Assembly (NCBI GenBank): GCA_965228135.1
Contig: OZ245798.1
Span: 1,469,220-1,533,219, forward strand
From: Tagaea sp.
GTDB lineage: Bacteria > Pseudomonadota > Alphaproteobacteria > CACIAM-22H2
Direction of reading: 5' to 3'
Length of the DNA stretch: 64,000 nt
The notes beneath the pieces were generated by a model, which saw nothing but the letters and a program-made list of their open reading frames with translations, had not been told where the DNA came from and ran no database searches. This document shows positions 57,180 to 64,000 of the stretch, one piece after another. The first letter of the stretch is position 1. Every line of letters begins with the position of its first letter. Made by a program: the position numbers and the translations under genes.

Positions 57180-58087
57180 GCCGCGAATTGCGCCGTCGGC
57201 CGGCGGTCGATCAACGTGGCGTAGGGAATGGGTGCCGCGACCAAATGTCCGTCGGCGATGCCGCGCTGCCAGCGATCATAGGCGGCAACGTCCACGCGCG
57301 GGGTCGTCCACATCCCGCAGCTGCGATACTCGTTCGTCAGCCGCACCAGCAGGTCGGGGGCGAGGCGCGGAAAGGTCTTCGCGAGGAAATCCACGAACGT
57401 CGCCGCGTCGTTCGCGTTGATCCAATCCATGCCGCGCCCCAGCGCGCGCGCGAAACGCGTCTGCGTCTCGAGGCGCGTGGCATCGCTCTCGCCCTCGACG
57501 TAATAGACGCTCCACGGCACGTTACCGCCAGTCAACGCCAGCGGTGCGACGATATTGCCCCCGCCCGCTTTCTCCAGCATTGCGGCGTTGGGATAATCGA
57601 TGACCAGATAGTCGGCCATGCCGCCCGCGAACAGCGTCGACAGCATCGCGCCGTCGAGATCCTGGATGAAGCCCACGTCGCGCGGGTCCACACCGTTTTC
57701 GCGCAGCAGAAGTTTCAGGAACAAACCCACGCTCGCACCATTGCTGCCCTTCATCGCGACGACCTTGCCGCGCATGTCGCGCCAATCGAACGCGGCGCGC
57801 GGCCCCCGCCCCAACACGGCCAGCGGGGCCCGCGCGGCGATCTGCGCGAAGGGCGTGTAGCGCTTGGCGCGGCCCAAATACATCGACGGCACCCACACGC
57901 CGCCGAGTACGGCTTGCGCGTCGCCCGATGCGAGTTCGTCGAGCACGAGATCCCAGGGCTTGGGCACGGTCGCGAATATCTCCAGCCCTTCGGCGGCGAA
58001 GAATCCCTGCCACTTCGCGACGTATTCGGGCAGGTAGTTGAGGCTGTGGCCGGTCGCCGAAATATGGAAGCGCTGCATCGTTTTCAT
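57176..58087 (-). CDS. NMT1/THI5-like (sulfonate/nitrate SBP fold) protein without signal peptide
   Basis: SsuA/NMT1-like fold. The N-terminus MKTMQRFHISATGHS is not a leader peptide. ATGA overlap with the upstream ATPase gene. Confidence 0.65.
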   Translation of the reverse strand: MKTMQRFHISATGHSLNYLPEYVAKWQGFFAAEGLEIFATVPKPWDLVLDELASGDAQAVLGGVWVPSMYLGRAKRYTPFAQIAARAPLAVLGRGPRAAFDWRDMRGKVVAMKGSNGASVGLFLKLLLRENGVDPRDVGFIQDLDGAMLSTLFAGGMADYLVIDYPNAAMLEKAGGGNIVAPLALTGGNVPWSVYYVEGESDATRLETQTRFARALGRGMDWINANDAATFVDFLAKTFPRLAPDLLVRLTNEYRSCGMWTTPRVDVAAYDRWQRGIADGHLVAAPIPYATLIDRRPTAQFAA

Positions 58088-59235
58088 CCCCGAATATCGT
58101 GGCGCCGGCCGCTGGTCGCGTCGAACCACATCACGTCGGCCGGGTCGTAGCCCAGCGTCAAACGCGTGCCGATCCTCATCCGCGCCACGCCGGGCACCCG
58201 CACGAAGACGAGATCGTGATCGAGCAGATGATCGTCCGCAGTACCTGACGCGAGGCGGCAGCCGACGACCATTTCGGCCCCCAGGCTTTCGACCACCGCG
58301 ACTTCCGCCGGGATCGGACCTTGCCCTTCGCCCATCAAGCGCAGCTTTTCGGCCCGCACGCCGAAAATCCATTTCCCCGTTCCGGGCACGGCGCCCGCAT
58401 GCGCGAAACTCAACGCGGGCGAAACGGTCAAGCGCCCGTCCCCGACATTCACCGGAATCAGGTTCATCGCGGGCGAACCGACGAAACGCGCGACGAAGGT
58501 ATTCGCGGGCGATCCGTAGATCTCGTCGGGCGTGCCGATCTGCTGCACGTCGCCGCGATCGAGCACGACGATGCGCGTGGCCATCGTCATCGCTTCGACC
58601 TGATCGTGCGTCACGTAGACGAAGGTCTTGCCGACCTTGTGATGCAGCGAGGAAATCTCCGAGCGCATCTGCATGCGCAGCTTCGCATCGAGATTGGAGA
58701 GCGGCTCGTCCAGCAGATAAAGCGAGGGATCGCGCACCAAGGCGCGGGCGAGCGCCACGCGCTGACGCTGGCCGCCCGACAGACCCGCCGGGCGGCGGTC
58801 GAGCAGCGTGTCGAGTTCGAGCTGGCGCGCGATCTCCGCCGTACGGCCAGCGATTTCGGGCTTGCGCATCGCGCGCCGGCGCATGAGCCCGTTGATCCCG
58901 GGAATGTGATGCCACATCCGGAACTGGTCCATCACCAGCGGGAAGCCGATATTGTCGCGCACCGTCATATGCGGATAAAGCGCGTAGGATTGGAACACGA
59001 AGGCGACACCGCGCTGCTTGGGCGACCATTCGTTGGCCTTGGCGCCGTCGAAATAGAGATCGCCCGACGTGATATCGCTGAGGCCCGCGATCATCCGCAG
59101 CAGCGTGGACTTGCCGCAGCCCGACGGCCCCAGCAATACCAGAAATTCCCCGTCCGGGATCGTCGCCGACAGCGACCGGATGACGGTCGAATCGCCGAAT
59201 TTCTTGGAAAGTCCGTCGAGAACGAGTTCCGGCAT
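58084..59235 (-). CDS. Sugar ABC transporter ATP-binding protein (MalK/UgpC-type)
   Basis: Walker A GPSGCGKST, signature LSGGQRQR, Walker B LLDEPLS, C-terminal TOBE-like domain. Start trimmed to MPELVLDGL. Confidence 0.85.
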   Translation of the reverse strand: MPELVLDGLSKKFGDSTVIRSLSATIPDGEFLVLLGPSGCGKSTLLRMIAGLSDITSGDLYFDGAKANEWSPKQRGVAFVFQSYALYPHMTVRDNIGFPLVMDQFRMWHHIPGINGLMRRRAMRKPEIAGRTAEIARQLELDTLLDRRPAGLSGGQRQRVALARALVRDPSLYLLDEPLSNLDAKLRMQMRSEISSLHHKVGKTFVYVTHDQVEAMTMATRIVVLDRGDVQQIGTPDEIYGSPANTFVARFVGSPAMNLIPVNVGDGRLTVSPALSFAHAGAVPGTGKWIFGVRAEKLRLMGEGQGPIPAEVAVVESLGAEMVVGCRLASGTADDHLLDHDLVFVRVPGVARMRIGTRLTLGYDPADVMWFDATSGRRHDIRG

Positions 59236-59237
59236 GG

Positions 59238-60062
59238 CTATCCCTTGACCGATCCGGCGGTAAGGCCCGCGACGATCCGGCGCTGGATGATGAGGAAGAA
59301 GGTGATCGCGGGCAGGCTGAACAGCAGCGCCGTGCCCATCACGACCGACAACGGCGTTTCGTATTGGCCGATGAACGAGGCGAGGCCCACGCTCGCCGGC
59401 CATAGTGTGCGATCCATCAGGAACGTCGCCGCGAACAGATATTCGTTCCAGCCCGCGAAGAACGCGATCACCGCCGCGGCGGCGAGGCTGGGGGCGATCA
59501 GCGGCAGCACGATCATCGTCAGCACGCCGAAGCGCGGGCAATTGTCGATCAGCGCCGACTCCTCGATCTCGTAGGGGATCGCGTCGACGGCGCCCTTGAT
59601 GATGAAGGCGGCAACCGGCAGCGAGAACGCGGCATTGGCCAGCGCCAGACCCGCGAGGTTGTTGAGCAGCCCCAGCGTGATGAACATCGCGTAGAGCGGC
59701 ACCAGGATCAGCGCTTCGGGCACGACTTGGGTCATAAACAGCAGAAAGCCGACGATACCCTTGCCCTTGAAGCGGAAACGGCTAAGCGCGTAGCCCGCCA
59801 ACGCTCCCAGCAAAAGGCTGACGATCGTCGTGCCCGTGGCGATCAGCAGCGAGTTCAGCATCCAGCGCTCCGCCGGCACGCCGTCGATCGCCGCCATCAG
59901 CGGACCGATATTGCCGAATTGCGGCCACGCGACCTGGGCGTTCATATAAAGCTGGCTTTCGTCGGACAGCGCCGTCGTCGCCATCCAATAGACGGGGAAG
60001 CCCGCGACCACGGCCAGGATCGCGATCAGCAGGTAGCGCGATGCGGCAACGAAGAATTTCAT
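59238..60062 (-). CDS. Carbohydrate ABC transporter permease (MalG-type)
   Basis: BPD_transp_1 domain. Confidence 0.8.
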   Translation of the reverse strand: MKFFVAASRYLLIAILAVVAGFPVYWMATTALSDESQLYMNAQVAWPQFGNIGPLMAAIDGVPAERWMLNSLLIATGTTIVSLLLGALAGYALSRFRFKGKGIVGFLLFMTQVVPEALILVPLYAMFITLGLLNNLAGLALANAAFSLPVAAFIIKGAVDAIPYEIEESALIDNCPRFGVLTMIVLPLIAPSLAAAAVIAFFAGWNEYLFAATFLMDRTLWPASVGLASFIGQYETPLSVVMGTALLFSLPAITFFLIIQRRIVAGLTAGSVKG

Positions 60063-60970
60063 CGGTCGGCCACCCAGCGCTGGCGGCGTCGATCGACCAT
60101 CTGGTGCAGGGCGGCGACCAGCAACGCGAGCACGAGCCCGATCGCGCCATAGGCGCTGGCCATGCCCAGCTCATGCGCTTCGAACGCCGTCTGGCGGATA
60201 CGTACGACGAGGGTCGACGTGCTGCCGATCGGCCCGCCGCCGGTCAATAGATAGATGATGTCAAAACGGCGGATCGACCACACGGCGACCAGCAATCCGG
60301 CGAGTTGGACGGCGGGCAGGATATGCGGCCACGTGACCGCGCGATAAACGTTGAGCTTGTCGGCGCCATCGACGCGCGCGGCTTCGCGCACCTCCTCCGG
60401 CACCGACTGCAACGCGGCAAGCACCACCAGCATGACGAAGGGGGCGACCTGCCACACCGTAACGATCAGAATCGACGGCAGCGCCCAATCGATGCTGGTG
60501 AGCCAGCGGATGCGGCCGAACCCCGTCTCCAACAACATGCGGTTCAGCACGCCCGAGCGGTCGTTGAACATCCACAGCCAAATCAGCGCCGCCGCGACGT
60601 TCGGCACGGCCCAGCCGAACAGCAGCACCGCGCGCACGATCGCTCGGCCGCGGAACGGCCAATCGATGGCGAGTGCCGAAATCACGCCCAGCGTCACGCC
60701 GAAGATCACGGCGAGCGTGGCGTAGATCAGCGTGATCTTCAGCGAACCGTAGAAGGCCGGCGTTTCGATCAGCCGCCAATAATTGGCGAGACCGACGAAA
60801 TTGCCGTCGTTGGGATTGGCGAGCTTGGTGTCGGTCAGGCTCATCCACATCTGGCGCGCGAGCGGCCAGAACATGAAAAGCCCAAGATAAAGGACCGGCG
60901 GAACGATGAAGGCGTAGGGCAAGGCTCTCTCGCCCCATCGCCGCCATCCCGTTGCCATACCCGCCGTCAT
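60059..60970 (-). CDS. Carbohydrate ABC transporter permease (MalF-type)
   Basis: BPD_transp_1 domain. ATGA overlap with the downstream gene. Confidence 0.8.
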   Translation of the reverse strand: MTAGMATGWRRWGERALPYAFIVPPVLYLGLFMFWPLARQMWMSLTDTKLANPNDGNFVGLANYWRLIETPAFYGSLKITLIYATLAVIFGVTLGVISALAIDWPFRGRAIVRAVLLFGWAVPNVAAALIWLWMFNDRSGVLNRMLLETGFGRIRWLTSIDWALPSILIVTVWQVAPFVMLVVLAALQSVPEEVREAARVDGADKLNVYRAVTWPHILPAVQLAGLLVAVWSIRRFDIIYLLTGGGPIGSTSTLVVRIRQTAFEAHELGMASAYGAIGLVLALLVAALHQMVDRRRQRWVADR

Positions 60971-60990
60971 TCCGCCGGTCCTTCCCTTGC

Positions 60991-62229
60991 CTAGAAGCGC
61001 GCGAGCGCTTGCTTCTGCGCTTCGTCCAGCGCCGCCTTGGGATTGGCGTTAGCTACGATCACCTTCTCGAGCGCCTCCATCACCAGCCGCATGATCGGCG
61101 ACGTCTTCACTTCATAACCCGGGATCAATGTGCTGCGCGAGTTGACCGCGAGTTCCGCGAAGACGTCGGCCCAGGGATTGGTCGCGCGGAACTCCGCTGT
61201 CACCGGCACGTCGGTCGCCAGCGCATCGGGACCCGAGGCGTCGCGCAACGCCTGCTGACCGGCGGGCGAGATAAGCCAGGCGAGGAAAGAGATCGATTCC
61301 TCCTGCACCTTCGAATGGCGCGACACGCCCAGGAAGATCTGCTGGTGCGCGCCGGGCGCCTTGAACGGCAACGCGGCGGCGTAGAGATCGGTAGAGGCGA
61401 GCGGGCCGCCGGAGGAGATATTCAACGTGCCGCCCGAATTATCGATGCTGAAGCCGACTTGGCGCTGCTTGAAGCGCATGCGTTGGGTCGGCATGTCGTC
61501 GCCGATCGGCATGATGCCGGAATCGTAGGCCGTCTTGAACGCCGCAGCGGCGGCGACGGCTTCCGGTGTGTTGAGCGTCAGCTTGCCCGCACCGTCGACC
61601 CAGTTGACGCCGTAGCCATAGGCCCAGTTCTGGAAATCCATGAACCAGCCCGAGAAATCGGCGATCTGGTGGCGCGAAGAAAAGCCGATGGCGCCGGTTT
61701 TGTCCTGGATCGCCTTGGCCGAAGCGATCAACGTGTCGATATCGGTCGGCACTTTTGCGCCCGCCGCATCGAGCAGCTTCTTGTTGTAGATAAGCGCATA
61801 GACGGCGCGTTGCCAAGCGATGCCCACGCGCTTGCCTTTGACGATGCCCTTCTCGTTCGTGCCGTTGAGCTTGACGCCCGCGACCGCCTTCTCCAGATCC
61901 ACCAGGAACCCGGCATCGGCCATCGTATAGAACAGGCCTTCCTGCATCATCGCGATGTCGGGCCCTTGGCCCGCCCCCATCGCGGTCGTGATTTTGTCGT
62001 TGAAGTCGGCGGACGGAATCGCTTCCTGCTTCAACGTCACGTGCGGTGCGACGGCTTGGTACTTGACCAGTGCCGCCCAAAGATTCTTGCCGCGCAACGC
62101 GTCGAGCCATTGCGAATTGGCGACGACGAGCGTCACCGGCGCCTTGCCTTGCGCGCGCACGGCGGGTGCCGCCAGGGCCATCGACGCGAAACCGACGGCG
62201 GAAACGAATTTTCTACGCGTAAGCGTCAT
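60991..62229 (-). CDS. Sugar ABC transporter substrate-binding protein (SBP family 1)
   Basis: Signal peptide MTLTRRKFVSAVGFASMALAAPAVRAQG, then SBP_bac_1. Confidence 0.8.
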   Translation of the reverse strand: MTLTRRKFVSAVGFASMALAAPAVRAQGKAPVTLVVANSQWLDALRGKNLWAALVKYQAVAPHVTLKQEAIPSADFNDKITTAMGAGQGPDIAMMQEGLFYTMADAGFLVDLEKAVAGVKLNGTNEKGIVKGKRVGIAWQRAVYALIYNKKLLDAAGAKVPTDIDTLIASAKAIQDKTGAIGFSSRHQIADFSGWFMDFQNWAYGYGVNWVDGAGKLTLNTPEAVAAAAAFKTAYDSGIMPIGDDMPTQRMRFKQRQVGFSIDNSGGTLNISSGGPLASTDLYAAALPFKAPGAHQQIFLGVSRHSKVQEESISFLAWLISPAGQQALRDASGPDALATDVPVTAEFRATNPWADVFAELAVNSRSTLIPGYEVKTSPIMRLVMEALEKVIVANANPKAALDEAQKQALARF

Positions 62230-62251
62230 GGGATTTCCTTTCGATCAGCGG

Positions 62252-63685
62252 TCAAACTTTGACCCGGTACGGGTCGAGCGGCGTGTGGCAGGAAAGATTT
62301 TCCGCACCGTCGGCGGTGACGAGATAGCAATCGCCGACATTTGCGCCCGCAACCATCGGCTCCAGCCACTGGGCGTGCAGCACGAAGGTCATGCCGGGCT
62401 CGAGCATGTCGTGATTGTTGGATTGGATGTTGTAGTGCGGGAATTTGGACATCGAGACTTGATGCCCGACATTCGGATTATGCGGCCCCAGCGTCGCCGG
62501 ATAGACATGCATCAGCTTGCGGCCTTGCGCTTCCCAATCGGTGTCGGGCACGTAACGGCGCGGCACAAGGCGCGGCGAGCCGTCCTCGTTGGCGTTCCAG
62601 TTGTAGGGCATGATGCGGCTGTCGTCGGATTTGAGATAGCCGCGCCGGAGATACGGCTCGAACGATGCATTCGCGACTTCCGACACCAGCGTGCCGGGCT
62701 TGACGCGCGCGGCGGCTGCGCGCACGCCCTCGACGCACATCGCCAACACTTCTTCCTGCTTCGCGGTGACATTGCCCACCGCGATCATGCGCGCGATCTG
62801 CGCGTTGTAGCCGCGATAGGTGGTGTTGGAGATGTAGAGATTGATGAGATCGCCCGGCCGTACCACGTGGCCATAGGGCTTGCCGCAATGCGTGCCCCAT
62901 TCGTTGATGCCGATCTGATACCCGTCGCCGGTTTCGCCGCCGCGCGCGAGCTGGGCGTAGGTGAACGCCGCGTAGATTTCGTGATCGGTGACGCCGGGCT
63001 TGGTCACGTGATAGGCGGCTTGGATGCCGATATCGGCAAGCTGCGCCGCCGCGCGCACCAGCGCTTGTTCGGCGGGGCTGCGCACGCGCTGCATGCGTTC
63101 GAGCACGCCGTCGAACGCCATCATATGCGCCTTGGGAAGCTCGGCCTTGATGCCGGCCCAGTATTTCGCCGACGACGCGTCGCCCATCGTGCCGATCTGC
63201 GCCGACGCGAAACCCTGCGCTTTCAGGAAGTCGGAAACCGCCGCGACGACCTTGTCGACCGTGCGGCCCGGACGGTTATAGGTCTCGCGCCCCCACGTGC
63301 CGATCTGCCAGATGTCTTCGACCAGCAACGGCTCGCCCGCCGGTGGCAGCACGACCGACGACGAGAAGAACGAGAACATCGTCAGCGGTTTGTCGTCGTC
63401 GGTCGGGATGACCAGTACGCCTTCGCGCGCCCAGTCGCAGATATAACGCAGGTAGGAGTTGGAAACGTGATACCAGCCGATCCCATCGGCATGGACCAAT
63501 GTCACGTCGTGCCCGGCGACGACCGCCTCGCGCCGGATGCGGCGCAACCGATCGCGATACTCGCTCTCGGGCAGCGGATTGACCGGCTTGAACTCGAAGC
63601 TTGGCGTGAAGCCGTCGAGCAAACGTTCCATGCGCTTGGGATCGACGGACGGCATTGCGGACAGGGCGGCGGCGGACGGGCTCAT
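62252..63685 (-). CDS. M24 family metallopeptidase (creatinase/prolidase-like N-domain plus pita-bread catalytic domain)
   Basis: Creatinase_N-like domain followed by M24 metal-ligand spacing (D...D...H...E...E). Confidence 0.8.
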   Translation of the reverse strand: MSPSAAALSAMPSVDPKRMERLLDGFTPSFEFKPVNPLPESEYRDRLRRIRREAVVAGHDVTLVHADGIGWYHVSNSYLRYICDWAREGVLVIPTDDDKPLTMFSFFSSSVVLPPAGEPLLVEDIWQIGTWGRETYNRPGRTVDKVVAAVSDFLKAQGFASAQIGTMGDASSAKYWAGIKAELPKAHMMAFDGVLERMQRVRSPAEQALVRAAAQLADIGIQAAYHVTKPGVTDHEIYAAFTYAQLARGGETGDGYQIGINEWGTHCGKPYGHVVRPGDLINLYISNTTYRGYNAQIARMIAVGNVTAKQEEVLAMCVEGVRAAAARVKPGTLVSEVANASFEPYLRRGYLKSDDSRIMPYNWNANEDGSPRLVPRRYVPDTDWEAQGRKLMHVYPATLGPHNPNVGHQVSMSKFPHYNIQSNNHDMLEPGMTFVLHAQWLEPMVAGANVGDCYLVTADGAENLSCHTPLDPYRVKV

Positions 63686-64000
63686 GTGATTCGCTTTCGG
63701 CGCGGCGTTTGTAGGCGCGAAAAGTCTAGGCGGCGTCCGCCGCGCGGCGAAGCGGCAAACCTGCCCGTTGCGCCGTCAACCTGCCCATCGCCGCGTCATT
63801 TGAAAAAAAACGGCGCCGCCATTCCGAATTGAGAGTCACGCGCGCCTTCGTCCGATATCGGTAAATTCGGGTAAAATCAGCACTCGCGGACGATTGCCGG
63901 GCCGGGCCGGCTGAAAAATCTGACGGTCCTTTTGAAAAAAATAGCTCAGTACGAGACGTTAAACATCGACGAAAGCCGCCTGATTTATGGGCGGATAATT

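Noticed and set aside
1-64000. CRISPR arrays, rRNA genes, additional tRNAs, IS elements
   Set aside because: No regularly spaced direct repeats, no rRNA-like conserved stretches, and no transposase-like ORFs were seen by eye in any intergenic region. Only the two ~150-nt tRNA-fragment repeats recur.

Overview
High-GC (~65-68%) alphaproteobacterial-type DNA (Azospirillum/Rhodospirillales-like: the gene content includes a Tlp1-type MCP-PilZ chemoreceptor). Operons are tightly packed and many genes are linked by 4-nt start/stop overlaps (ATGA, GTGA) or TGATG junctions. Three things stand out. (1) Two low-GC patches (nt 1-1440 and ~5750-10330) look horizontally acquired. The first carries the 3' part of a coiled-coil ABC/SMC-type ATPase. 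The second carries two minus-strand operons of unknown function: an orphan FlaF-like flagellin-translation regulator, a MarR-like wHTH protein, an atypical receiver domain, and 157-, 97- and 411-aa proteins with no recognisable motifs. This is the most novel-looking part of the window. (2) A tRNA 3'-terminal fragment (T-arm, acceptor 3' strand and CCA, followed by an intrinsic terminator) lies at 31.2 kb. It starts a ~150-nt sequence that recurs in degenerate form as a direct repeat at 56.0-56.2 kb. The two copies bracket a 25-kb aromatic-catabolic cluster: LysR, amidase, Rieske dioxygenase, a TcpA/TcpB-like two-component hydroxyquinol pathway, maleylacetate reductase, PcaIJ. I read this as nested or tandem tRNA-targeted island insertions whose integrase lies outside the window. 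(3) The remainder is metabolic and transport backbone: a TetR plus MacB/DevCAB-like efflux system, a dpp/opp-type peptide ABC operon with embedded GGT, CE4 deacetylase and SDR, sugar-acid dehydratase clusters, an amino-acid ABC system, two sugar ABC systems, a GMC oxidoreductase and an M24 peptidase. No rRNA, CRISPR array, transposase or integrase gene was seen. The six-frame track contains many long antisense or chimeric ORFs that are GC artefacts; I trimmed or rejected them.
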